A stretch of 46,353 nucleotides of DNA from an uncultured Candidatus Saccharibacteria bacterium (GCA_964450705.1 CAYVDB010000005.1:1-46353), one strand, 5' to 3'. Shown: positions 7,145 through 16,238, numbered from the stretch's first letter. Numbers and translations: made by a program. Notes: a model not told the origin generated them from the letters alone.

Positions 7145-10100
7145 TTAGTCGCAGAGTTTTGCTTTTTCTATAATGATCGAGACTTCATTATTACGGAGAG
7201 AAACCTTTCCGATGATGGCAATCAGGGCGTCTTTCTTTATTATATTTTTATAACTTTCAAAAGTTTTAGGAAAAACTACGCAGTCTATTCTATCTGTTAG
7301 ATCCTGAAGTGTAACAAAAGCCATGTACTCATTTTTTTTGGTTATTACTTCACGCATTTCTTCTACAAGGCCGACAAGCATTACCTCTTTGCCTTCTTTC
7401 GGCTCCTTCTTTATTTTCTGAATGTCGGTATCTAGTTTCCCAAGTTTTTCTTTAAACTTATCTAAGGGATGTCCAGAAATATAGAGGCCAAGAAGTTCTT
7501 TCTCCCACGATAGCCGATCTGAAATAGGCGCTTCGGGATGTGATTTAAGTGAAAGGTCTGAGATTTTGTCTTTAAGTCCTCCAAACAATGAGTCTTGATT
7601 TATATTTTGCTCCTTAGTTACTTCTTTATGATACTCAAGAAGAAGATCGAGGTTATGGAGAAGTGTTCCGCGTTCTTCGAAATCATCTAGCGCACCAGAT
7701 TTTATAAGCGCCTCGAGGGATTTTTTGTTGAGATTTTTATCCTTAATTCTCCGAAGAAAGTCTGTGAGGGATATAAAACGCCCTCGCTCTTTTCGTTCTT
7801 TTACGATCGTATTTGCGATGCCTTCTCCAAAATTCTTAATAGTTGTTAATCCGAAACGGATTGTGTCTTTTTCTCCTTCTTTTCTTACAACAGAAAATCC
7901 TTGGAAGCTTTCATTTATGGAAGGGGGAAGTACTGGGATGTCGAGGCGCTTACATTCTTCGATAAGATCGGCGATTTGTGGAATGTTTCCTGAATCTGCA
8001 GTAAGTGCCGCAGACATATATATAGCAGGGAAGTTTGCCTTTAGATATGCGGTTTGGTATGCAACTCGTCCGTAGCTTGCAGCGTGGGCTTTATTGAATC
8101 CGTATGCTTGGAAGGGTTCAAATAATTTCCAGAGCATTTCTGCAAACTTTTTACTTTGACCGTTCTCGATTACTCCCTTAATAAATTTTTCTTTTTGGGC
8201 GGCCATCTCTGCTGGAATCTTTTTTCCAACAGCTTTTCTAAATTTATCTGCTTCAAGCCAGGAGTATCCCGCGAGCTCGATAGCTGAAAACAAGAGGTCA
8301 TCTTGGTACACAATGAGACCGTAGGAAGCTTCCAAGTACTTCTTCATCCTAGGGTCGGGATAAGTTATGAGCGTAGGATCATTTTTTCTTCGAATGTATT
8401 CCGGTATAACTTCCATAGGTCCTGGTCGATATAGAGCTACCATGGCATTAATATCGTGGATTGATGTAGGTTTAAGCTCCATAAGGAATTTAGTCATTGC
8501 TTCTCCGTTTAACTGGAAAAGTCCTTCGGTTTCGCCACGAGCTAAAGATTCAAATGTTTTAGTATCATCAAGTGGAATATCCTCAATATTGAAAGTTTTT
8601 CCTAGAATGGCTTCAATACGGTGCAAGGTATCAGCAATAATGGAAAGGTTCTTTAGCCCTAAGAAGTCAAATTTAAGAAGTCCTGCATCTTCTACTGCAT
8701 GCATGTCATATTGTGTAATAATCTTTTCCTCTCCTTTTGTATCAAATTGTAAAGGCACGAAATCAGTTATATTTGTCGGCGAAATGACTACCCCAGCTGC
8801 ATGCACGGATATGTGTCGCGCACATCCTTCTATCTTTTTTGCCATGTCCAAAATGTTTTTCGCTTCAGAGTCTTTATTGTAAAGCTCTGCTAGTTCGGGG
8901 ACGAGCTCAAAAGCTCGATCAATTGTCATTGGGAATCCTTGTGAGCCAAGAGGGATTAGCTTGGCAATTTTGTCTCCAATTGCGTATGGATATCCAAGCG
9001 CTCGGGCCACGTCTCGTACAGCCCCACGCGCGAGCATTGTCCCAAAGGTGCCGATTTGGGCAACTTTTTCATGTCCGTATTTTTTCCGAGCATATTCAAT
9101 AACCTCATCTCTTCTGTCATCTGCAAAATCCATATCTATATCTGGCGCTGAGGGGCGTTCCGGATTGAGGAACCGCTCAAAGGGAAGCCCATATTCTAGC
9201 GGGTTGACGCTCGTAATTCCTGAGAGATATGTAACCATAGACCCAGCAACTGACCCTCGAATGTTTGTGAGTATCCCGTGTTCGTGAGCGTATCGTAAGA
9301 GATCTGCTACAACAAGGAAATATGGAGAATAACCTTTGTTTTTTATAACGAGGAGTTCATATTCGATACGGTCAATGATTTCTTTTGTGCTTGTAACCTT
9401 TCGCTTTTCAATACCTTCATATACAAGTCGACGCAACTCATCATCGTGAGAAAGCCCGCTCGGAACTATATAGTTAGGGAAAACCCAGGAACCTAAATTT
9501 AATTCTAGATTACATTTTTCGACAATACGCATTACATTATCCAAAGCTTCAGGAATATCATTAAAAAATGTATTGGCTTCTTCTTGAGTTATGAAAGAAA
9601 AATTTTCATCTGTGTCGTTAAAACTGCCACGATCTTTTTCATTTCCTGTTTGTATAGAGATAAGAGTTTCTCTCGCGTCTCTATCCTCTTTATTTAGATA
9701 ATAAACATCGTGAGCAGCAACGATAGGGATTTGCAATCGTTTTGCAAATACTTTTAATTTCTCATCTTTTTCTTTGAATCCTGGTATTTCTGGATGATGA
9801 GTTATTTCTAAATAGAAATCTTCGCCAAAAGTTTTTACATACCAGCTATACGCTTCTTCTGCTAATTTTTCGCTATCGGATTGAAGGAGACTTACTATTT
9901 CTCCCGAAAAGGAGGGCATTATTGCGATAAGGCCTTCTTTATGAAGATTCAACAACTCCTTATCAATGCGAGGTTTGTAGTAAAACCCTTCAAGATGAGC
10001 TTTGGTAACGAGCTGGATAAGATTCTTATAGCCAGTTTCATTTTTTGCAAGAAGCACAAGCCGGTACCTCGCCTTATCTACTCCTGCTTGTTTATCAAAT

Positions 10101-10324
10101 CTACTTCTGAGCGCTACGTATGCATCTGTGCCGATGATCGGTTTTACATCATTCTTTTTGCATTCTTTATAGAATTCTATGGCTCCATACAGATTTGAGT
10201 TATCGGTAAGTGCAAGCGCAGGCATATTGTCTTTTTTTGCCTGAGATACCAGTTCTTCTATTTTTGGAAGAGCGTTCAAGAGGCTAAAGTGGCTATGTGT
10301 ATGGAGGTGAGCAAACGGCTTCAT
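7145..10324 (-). CDS. dnaE: DNA polymerase III alpha subunit
   Basis: Motifs HLHTHSHFSLL, RGSVAGS, FERFLNPER, PDIDMDF, KFDFLGL and YGFNKAHA, plus a C-terminal OB fold. Probable start MKPF at 10324. Confidence 0.97.
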   Translation of the reverse strand: MKPFAHLHTHSHFSLLNALPKIEELVSQAKKDNMPALALTDNSNLYGAIEFYKECKKNDVKPIIGTDAYVALRSRFDKQAGVDKARYRLVLLAKNETGYKNLIQLVTKAHLEGFYYKPRIDKELLNLHKEGLIAIMPSFSGEIVSLLQSDSEKLAEEAYSWYVKTFGEDFYLEITHHPEIPGFKEKDEKLKVFAKRLQIPIVAAHDVYYLNKEDRDARETLISIQTGNEKDRGSFNDTDENFSFITQEEANTFFNDIPEALDNVMRIVEKCNLELNLGSWVFPNYIVPSGLSHDDELRRLVYEGIEKRKVTSTKEIIDRIEYELLVIKNKGYSPYFLVVADLLRYAHEHGILTNIRGSVAGSMVTYLSGITSVNPLEYGLPFERFLNPERPSAPDIDMDFADDRRDEVIEYARKKYGHEKVAQIGTFGTMLARGAVRDVARALGYPYAIGDKIAKLIPLGSQGFPMTIDRAFELVPELAELYNKDSEAKNILDMAKKIEGCARHISVHAAGVVISPTNITDFVPLQFDTKGEEKIITQYDMHAVEDAGLLKFDFLGLKNLSIIADTLHRIEAILGKTFNIEDIPLDDTKTFESLARGETEGLFQLNGEAMTKFLMELKPTSIHDINAMVALYRPGPMEVIPEYIRRKNDPTLITYPDPRMKKYLEASYGLIVYQDDLLFSAIELAGYSWLEADKFRKAVGKKIPAEMAAQKEKFIKGVIENGQSKKFAEMLWKLFEPFQAYGFNKAHAASYGRVAYQTAYLKANFPAIYMSAALTADSGNIPQIADLIEECKRLDIPVLPPSINESFQGFSVVRKEGEKDTIRFGLTTIKNFGEGIANTIVKERKERGRFISLTDFLRRIKDKNLNKKSLEALIKSGALDDFEERGTLLHNLDLLLEYHKEVTKEQNINQDSLFGGLKDKISDLSLKSHPEAPISDRLSWEKELLGLYISGHPLDKFKEKLGKLDTDIQKIKKEPKEGKEVMLVGLVEEMREVITKKNEYMAFVTLQDLTDRIDCVVFPKTFESYKNIIKKDALIAIIGKVSLRNNEVSIIIEKAKLCD

Positions 10325-10409
10325 GGGAATCAGTATACTATGTCTCATTACCTCCAAGTATCTTCACTTCTGTCTTCTGCTATGGCGATGTATACTATAT
10401 GAATCTAGT

Positions 10410-10934
10410 ATGAAATATATTCTATCTAAAAGAGGTTTCACTGTTACAGAACTTTTAGTCGCGATCGCTATTATCGGTATCTTACTAGGCACTATTGCTG
10501 TAAGTGCAAGCTCGGTTCGTTCTCGAGGAAGAGACGCTCAGGTTCGCTCTGATAAACAGCAGATCATTCTAGCTTTGGTGCGGGCTCGTGACAGTAGCCC
10601 AAATTATCTCTATCCGGGGTCTGGAAGTGGATGGAGATGTTTAAAATCATCAGGAACATGTTGGAATGGTTCTTATGGTGGAGATGCCGCAGTTATAACT
10701 ACACTATCTCCGTATTTTTCTAATGCTACTGTTCCGCAACCCCCAGGGACCCAATCAGGGCAGAGTCGGCATGATTCATATTTGTATACCCCAGGGCCGA
10801 TTACAGTAGGAACTCCTGCAGTTACCGGAGCATTTCTTATTTGGGCACAAGAAAGCCCTATTTCTGACTGTAATGGTTTTTATGCTGGTCAAATTGAGAC
10901 TGGAATATACTATTGTTACGAAAAGTTGCCTTAA
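10410..10934 (+). CDS. Type IV pilin-like protein (prepilin N-terminal methylation motif)
   Basis: KRG|FTVTELLVAIAIIGILLG, then SRGRDAQVRSD and a Cys-containing globular domain. Start at MKYILS. Confidence 0.9.
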   Translation: MKYILSKRGFTVTELLVAIAIIGILLGTIAVSASSVRSRGRDAQVRSDKQQIILALVRARDSSPNYLYPGSGSGWRCLKSSGTCWNGSYGGDAAVITTLSPYFSNATVPQPPGTQSGQSRHDSYLYTPGPITVGTPAVTGAFLIWAQESPISDCNGFYAGQIETGIYYCYEKLP

Positions 10935-10937
10935 TTA

Positions 10938-11522
10938 ATGAAAGCGAAAGGGGTTGTTGGGATTGACGAAGCGGGACGTGGGCCTCTTGCTGGGCCACTA
11001 TCTCTTGGACTGGTTTATTTTTTAAAGAAGAAACCAAATCTTATAGGGCTTAAAGACTCAAAAAAACTTTCTCCAAAAAAGAGAGAAGAATGGTTTTCTA
11101 AAATAAAGTTGTGGGAAAAACAAAAAATTATTTCATACGAGCATGTGTTTGTATCCTCTGCTCACATTGATCGATACGGTCTTGGTTTTTCTCTTAAAAA
11201 AGGAGTTTCTCTTTTGTTAAAAAAAGCTGCAATAGACAGAGAGCGTAAAATTCTTCTTGATGCTGGCCTTAAAGCGCCTTTGGAATTTTTACAAAAGAGC
11301 ATTGTGAAGGGTGATGAAAAGATTAAAGAAATATCCTTAGCTTCAATTGTTGCCAAAGTTAAGCGTGACAAATATATGCTTAAAAAGGCCAAAGTTTACC
11401 CTAAGTACGGGTTCGACATTCATAAGGGTTATGGCACAAAGGCTCATTTGGATGCTATTTCTCAGTATGGCATGACTAAATTGCATCGAGAGTCCTTTTT
11501 TAGGGGTATAAATATGAAGTAG
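10938..11522 (+). CDS. rnhB: Ribonuclease HII
   Basis: Motifs GIDEAGRGPLAGP, LKDSKKLS, VKGD, ASIVAKVKRD and HKGYGT. Confidence 0.96.
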   Translation: MKAKGVVGIDEAGRGPLAGPLSLGLVYFLKKKPNLIGLKDSKKLSPKKREEWFSKIKLWEKQKIISYEHVFVSSAHIDRYGLGFSLKKGVSLLLKKAAIDRERKILLDAGLKAPLEFLQKSIVKGDEKIKEISLASIVAKVKRDKYMLKKAKVYPKYGFDIHKGYGTKAHLDAISQYGMTKLHRESFFRGINMK

Positions 11523-11568
11523 TTTCTCTTCTTGATAAGTCTTATCTTTTAGACTATACTCTTTGATT

Positions 11569-11796
11569 ATGGTTGTACGAATGAGGCATACCCGTTCGCA
11601 TACAGCGAACCGCAGATCTCACCACGCCCTAAAAGGCAAGGGTTTTGCTGTTTGCGCAAATTGCGGCGCAAAGAAGATGAAGCACCGCCTTTGTTCTTCT
11701 TGTGGTAAGTATAAGGACAACGTTGTGGTTGATGTGATTGGTAAAACTGCTCGCAAGGCAGCGAAGAAGAAGGAGAAAGAGAAAACAGGGCGTTAA
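11569..11796 (+). CDS. rpmF: 50S ribosomal protein L32
   Basis: RRSHHAL, then a CxxC...HRLCxxCG zinc ribbon. Confidence 0.93.
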   Translation: MVVRMRHTRSHTANRRSHHALKGKGFAVCANCGAKKMKHRLCSSCGKYKDNVVVDVIGKTARKAAKKKEKEKTGR

Positions 11797-11831
11797 GCCA
11801 AGATTTAATTTTTTAGGTTCTTTATATTTTT

Positions 11832-12728
11832 ATGGCAAATCGGCATCTCGCGCGATCGATTGTAATGCAGACACTCTTTGAGTGGGATTTTATGAAAAAA
11901 AATTCGGAAGGGGCTATAAATGTCCTTACTCGGAATGCTGAGGAGTTTGCTCCGGGAGTTTCTGATATATCTTTTATGCAAGATCTATTAGAGGGGGTTC
12001 TTGCAAAGAAGAAGGACCTTGATGCTGTTATAGTAAAAGCCGCTCCAGATTGGCCAATTGATAAGATATCAAATATTGATAGGAATATTTTACGCCTCGG
12101 CCTATATGAGCTTTTGTTTGCTGATCATGAGCAAGTCCCTCCTAAGGTTGCAATCAATGAAGCGATTGAGCTCGCTAAGACATTTGGTGGTGAGACATCA
12201 GGTAAGTTTGTTAATGGGGTTTTGGGAGCCGTTTATAAAGAAATGGGAGAACCAGGCAAAGACGACCAAAGTCCTAAGAAAAAGTTTTCAAACGATATTC
12301 CAGAAGAAGAGTTGCCGCTTGAAGCCCTTGGAGGTGCTCTTGTTTTCGCAGAAGAGAAAGGAAAACTCCTCATTGCTCTTGTGCATGATGTGTTTGGACA
12401 CTGGACTCTCTCAAAAGGTCATCTAGATAACGGTGAAGAAGTTTCTACTGGAGTAGAAAGAGTTGTCTCCGAGGAACTCGGTATCAGAGTTCGCCCTACA
12501 GAACTTATCGGAGATAACCAATATATCGCATACGATCCTGAGAAGGGTAAAATTAGAAAAAGAGTAACGTATTATCTTGCCGAAGCAGATTTTAGCGAGC
12601 TTAATCTACAGACATCTGGTGGACTCGATGATGCTCGATGGTTTCCTATTGAAGATATTGTTGATTTAAATTTCTATGATGATATCTTACCTTTGGTCAC
12701 AAAAGGGTTGACCATGCTAAAAAAATAA
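11832..12728 (+). CDS. nusB: Transcription antitermination factor NusB fused to a C-terminal Nudix-fold domain
   Basis: N-terminal RHLARSIVMQTLF, IDRNILRLG, VAINEAIELAK and FVNGVLG. C-terminal WTLSKGHLDNGEEVSTGVERVVSEELG is Nudix-box-like. Confidence 0.92.
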   Translation: MANRHLARSIVMQTLFEWDFMKKNSEGAINVLTRNAEEFAPGVSDISFMQDLLEGVLAKKKDLDAVIVKAAPDWPIDKISNIDRNILRLGLYELLFADHEQVPPKVAINEAIELAKTFGGETSGKFVNGVLGAVYKEMGEPGKDDQSPKKKFSNDIPEEELPLEALGGALVFAEEKGKLLIALVHDVFGHWTLSKGHLDNGEEVSTGVERVVSEELGIRVRPTELIGDNQYIAYDPEKGKIRKRVTYYLAEADFSELNLQTSGGLDDARWFPIEDIVDLNFYDDILPLVTKGLTMLKK

Positions 12729-12733
12729 ACCGT

Positions 12734-13432
12734 ATGAAGTCTCTTGATTGGGCAGAATTAGAAAAGCGGATAGGGGTTAGTTTTCAAAATAAAGATCTTC
12801 TATACCAGGCGTTTGTGCACAGATCCTATTTAAATGAAAATAGGAATTTTGAACTTGGCCACAATGAGCGCCTCGAATTTTTAGGAGATGCGGTCCTTGA
12901 GCTGGTTATCACTGACTATCTTTTTCAGAAATATCCAGAAAAAGCTGAGGGGGAGATGACCTCCTTACGTTCTGCGTTAGTTAATGCAAATGCTCTGTAT
13001 CAGGTTGGAGATTCCTTAGGTTTTAATGAATTTTTACTTCTCTCTCGTGGAGAGATGAAAGATACCGGTCGGGCGCGTCAGTATATTCTTGCAAATACTG
13101 TTGAGGCAGTTATCGGTGCTGTATACCTTGACCAAGGTTACGGAAGTTCAAAAGATTTTATTTATGCTCATGTTTGCCCGTTGATGGAAGAAGTCTTAAC
13201 TGAGCGCTCGTGGATCGACTCAAAGAGTTTGTTCCAAGAAAAGGCACAAGAGCATGAGGGGGCAACACCTGTCTATAAGACGTTAAAAGAGACCGGGCCT
13301 GATCATGATAAGCATTTTACCGTTGGGGTATATGTAAGAAGCGAACTTGTTGCGCAAGGTGATGGTGATTCTAAGCAAAATGCAGAGCAAATTGCTGCCC
13401 GAAATGCTTTAGAAAAGAAAGGGTGGAGTTAG
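12734..13432 (+). CDS. rnc: Ribonuclease III
   Basis: NERLEFLGDAVL signature and a dsRBD (GPDHDKHF, SKQNAEQIAA). Confidence 0.97.
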   Translation: MKSLDWAELEKRIGVSFQNKDLLYQAFVHRSYLNENRNFELGHNERLEFLGDAVLELVITDYLFQKYPEKAEGEMTSLRSALVNANALYQVGDSLGFNEFLLLSRGEMKDTGRARQYILANTVEAVIGAVYLDQGYGSSKDFIYAHVCPLMEEVLTERSWIDSKSLFQEKAQEHEGATPVYKTLKETGPDHDKHFTVGVYVRSELVAQGDGDSKQNAEQIAARNALEKKGWS

Positions 13433-13445
13433 TAGTTTATATAAA

Positions 13446-13483
13446 TACAAAGCGCGGCTCCTTGTCGAAGGGATGTCCGCGCT
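13446..13483 (-). terminator. Hairpin terminator closing the candidate ncRNA (also downstream of rnc)
   Basis: AGCGCGG (13451-13457) pairs with CCGCGCT (13477-13483), with an inner CCTT/AAGG stem and a U-rich tail on the minus strand. Confidence 0.6.
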
Positions 13484-13490
13484 AGGGTTA

Positions 13491-13700
13491 CCTCAAGACA
13501 AACTTCAGTTACTCTCGAGCTTTCACCCATTCTCTCCGTTTCTTTTTAATTAATATAGTTAAAAATGGGAGAATCTTGGTGTTGCACGAGGAGTCTGTAA
13601 GCTATGATTCGGAAAGCTGTCACAAACAACTTCGTCGAAAAAATTACTTTGTCCTGAGGGCAGTTTTAGAACATGCCCGGTTCACTGGATGAGCTTGTTT
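13491..13700 (-). ncRNA. Candidate structured non-coding RNA with a rod-like fold (6S RNA-like?)
   Basis: Nested long-range stems 13491-13502/13648-13659, 13518-13524/13612-13618, ATTCTC/GAGAAT and TTTTTAA/TTAAAAA. G-U pairs favour the minus strand. There is an upstream TTGACT promoter, a downstream terminator and no useful ORF. Confidence 0.55.
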
Positions 13701-13708
13701 CTCTTTAT

Positions 13709-13738
13709 CTTATATACTATAAAAACTCTATAAGTCAA
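13709..13738 (-). promoter_or_regulatory. Sigma70-like promoter pointing into the ncRNA candidate
   Basis: Minus strand TTGACT at 13733-13738, with TATATA/TATAAG 16-18 nt downstream. Confidence 0.55.
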
Positions 13739-13786
13739 TTTTTGAAAAAAGGTTTAAAATTGCTATAATTTGGGCACTTTTTCTTT

Positions 13787-16039
13787 ATGCTCCTCAAGTC
13801 AATAGAGCTCTCCGGATTTAAATCTTTCGCTAAAAAGAGCGAGTTTTTGTTTACGTCTCCTATATCTGCAATTGTGGGCCCTAATGGAAGTGGAAAGTCA
13901 AACGTTGCCGAAGCGTTTCGTTTTGTTTTAGGTGAGCAATCAATAAAATCTCTTCGAGGTAAAAAAGGCGAGGATCTTATCTTTAACGGGGCTTCCGATG
14001 GAGCTCGAGCCAATAGAGCAAGTGTGAAAGTTATCTTTGATAATTCTCGGAGATTTTTAGATATTGATTTTCCAGAAGTATCCATTGAGCGCGTCGTTCA
14101 TAGAGATGGAATTAATGAATATTTTATAAACGGGAGTCTTGTGCGTCTAAAGGATATAGTCGAACTCCTTTCAGGTGCCCATATTGGGGCGTCTGGGCAT
14201 CATATTATTTCTCAAGGAGAAGCTGATAGGATTTTGAATTCAAATGTTCGCGATCGACGTGCAATGATTGAAGATGCTCTTGGTTTAAAAATTTATCAAT
14301 ATAAGAGAGAGGAAAGCGAGCGGAAGCTCGATAAAACTTTAGAAAATATCGCGTCTGTTGAGTCTTTAAGAAGAGAAATAGCACCCCATATAAGATTTCT
14401 AAAAAAACAAGTAGAAAAAATCGAAAAAGCTAAAGAATTAAAGCAGAGCCTTGTTGATCTTGCTCAAGTATATCTTCGACAAGAAGACTTTTTTATTGCA
14501 AATACTCGAAAAGATATCGAAGAGAAGATTGTTTCCTTAGAAAAAAAGAAAGAACTATTTGATAACGAGCTTAGAGAAGTTCGCGATTTACTTGAGAGTT
14601 CTAAGACAAAAGATGCGAAAAGCGAAGAAGTTATAGCTTTAGAGAAAAAGATTCATGATGTTCTAAAGGAAAAAGATACCCTGCTTCAGGATATGGGAAG
14701 GCTACAAGGGAATATTTCTGCTGAGGAGCGTCTCATTGAAAAACAAACAGCAGATGCTTTAAAGGAAGAAAAGGCACTTATTCCGCTTTCTTCACTAAAC
14801 ACTTTCAAGATTTCGCTTGAACAAAAAATCAAAGAAGCGGAAACAACAAATGATATTTCTCGATTGAAGATATTTTTAACTGAAATTCGAGAGTCTCTCG
14901 TAAGCTTCTTTGAGAGTCACAGAACAAACAAGAACGAGGCGAGTTTAAATGATCTCAAGTTGCATGTAGATAATCTTAAAAAAGAAAAAAATGCTGTTGA
15001 AGACCGCCTCAATGCTTGCAGATCCACAGAAGCTCTCTTAGCCAAGGAGAAAACTGCTCTTGAGGAAGTCATTGAAAAAGAAAAAGACAGGAGCCGTGAT
15101 GCAGAGAAGACTCTTTTTCGTATTATGGCTGAGCAAAACAATGTATCAGGCGCTCTTCAGGTCGAATATGGAAGAAGAGAAAGTCTTCTTCTTGTTGAAG
15201 AAGACTTTAAACGAGAAAGGGAAGAATGCGCCCTTCTTGTTGGGCGAGATGTCCTAGAATACCGGGAAAAGGAAGCGTTTGTTGAAGAAAGAAATCTTCA
15301 AGAAGAACGTCGCAGATCGCTTGAAAAATTGAAGATCCGCCTTGAGGATGCTGGCATATCTTCTGGTCAGGATATTTTGAAAGAATATGAAGAAACTTCA
15401 GAACGGGACATCTTTCTAGAGAGAGAACTAGAGGATTTAGTTAAGTCAGCAGAGTCTCTGAGGGCCCTTATAAAAGATCTCGAGACCACCCTTGATACTG
15501 AGTTTAAGGACGGTGTAGAGAAAATAAATTCACAATTTCAAGATTTTTTCTCTTTGATGTTTGGTGGAGGCAACGCCCAGCTTGCTTTAGTTAAGGGGTC
15601 TAATAAACGATTAAAAAAGGACACAGACCTATTATCTTTAGATGTTGAGGATGATGGTTTTATGGAGGAGGCAAATGATGAAGAGGAAGGGATTGATATC
15701 GAAGTATCTTTGCCTAGAAAAAAGATAAAAGGCCTCATGATGCTTTCCGGTGGGGAACGAGCACTTACTTCGATTGCGCTTCTTTTTGCGATGTCTCAAG
15801 TTAAGCCTCCGCCATTCATTATTCTCGATGAGACTGATGCGGCGCTAGATGAAGCAAATTCAAAAAAATATGGAGATATGATAGAGAGTCTATCGAAGTA
15901 TTCACAACTTATACTCATTACTCATAACCGCGAGACGATGTCGCGTGCCGGAGTTATCTACGGGGTGACTATGGGGAATGGTGGTATATCAAAAACTCTT
16001 TCTATCCAGTTTGATGAAGCGATAGCAGTTGCAAAATAA
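13787..16039 (+). CDS. smc: SMC-family ATPase, short form (750 aa)
   Basis: Motifs GFKSF, GPNGSGKSN (Walker A), IISQG (Q-loop), LSGGE, ILDETDAALD and ITH, with a central coiled coil. Located after rnc. Confidence 0.9.
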   Translation: MLLKSIELSGFKSFAKKSEFLFTSPISAIVGPNGSGKSNVAEAFRFVLGEQSIKSLRGKKGEDLIFNGASDGARANRASVKVIFDNSRRFLDIDFPEVSIERVVHRDGINEYFINGSLVRLKDIVELLSGAHIGASGHHIISQGEADRILNSNVRDRRAMIEDALGLKIYQYKREESERKLDKTLENIASVESLRREIAPHIRFLKKQVEKIEKAKELKQSLVDLAQVYLRQEDFFIANTRKDIEEKIVSLEKKKELFDNELREVRDLLESSKTKDAKSEEVIALEKKIHDVLKEKDTLLQDMGRLQGNISAEERLIEKQTADALKEEKALIPLSSLNTFKISLEQKIKEAETTNDISRLKIFLTEIRESLVSFFESHRTNKNEASLNDLKLHVDNLKKEKNAVEDRLNACRSTEALLAKEKTALEEVIEKEKDRSRDAEKTLFRIMAEQNNVSGALQVEYGRRESLLLVEEDFKREREECALLVGRDVLEYREKEAFVEERNLQEERRRSLEKLKIRLEDAGISSGQDILKEYEETSERDIFLERELEDLVKSAESLRALIKDLETTLDTEFKDGVEKINSQFQDFFSLMFGGGNAQLALVKGSNKRLKKDTDLLSLDVEDDGFMEEANDEEEGIDIEVSLPRKKIKGLMMLSGGERALTSIALLFAMSQVKPPPFIILDETDAALDEANSKKYGDMIESLSKYSQLILITHNRETMSRAGVIYGVTMGNGGISKTLSIQFDEAIAVAK

Positions 16040-16067
16040 AACACTAGGCAGCGGGGCCTAGTGTTTT
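16038..16067. terminator. Bidirectional terminator between smc and cassette 4
   Basis: AAAACACTAGGC-AGCGGG-GCCTAGTGTTTT. Confidence 0.85.
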
Positions 16068-16238
16068 CTCCTCTAACAACCTGTTGAAGTGAACACGGTA
16101 TGCTTCCCAGCACTCTATCGGGAGAATGTGGTAGTAGAACTCTTTTCCGTGGTCGTTTACTCGGGCTAGGCCATTTGAGTAGAAAGGTCTAAGACAGTGG
16201 TTACAGATAGTTTCGGGTCTAACGTTTGGCGTTTCCAC
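16044..16238 (-). CDS. Small orphan protein with a putative Zn-binding CxxC...H...C motif (cassette 4)
   Basis: ICNHC...YYH...EC. GTG start with a GGAG SD and a TATACT -10 at 16270-16275; no clear -35. Confidence 0.65.
   Translation of the reverse strand: METPNVRPETICNHCLRPFYSNGLARVNDHGKEFYYHILPIECWEAYRVHFNRLLEEKTLGPAA

Noticed and set aside
7725-10198. Several 87-171 aa ORFs antisense to dnaE (and similar ones within gyrB, rpoB, rpoC and typA)
   Set aside because: These are antisense shadow frames of long conserved genes with no independent signals.
13491-13700. SRP RNA, tRNA, tmRNA or RNase P identity for the rnc-smc RNA
   Set aside because: I saw no SRP domain IV motif, cloverleaf, tag ORF or RNase P signature, so it is left as an unassigned, possibly 6S-like RNA.
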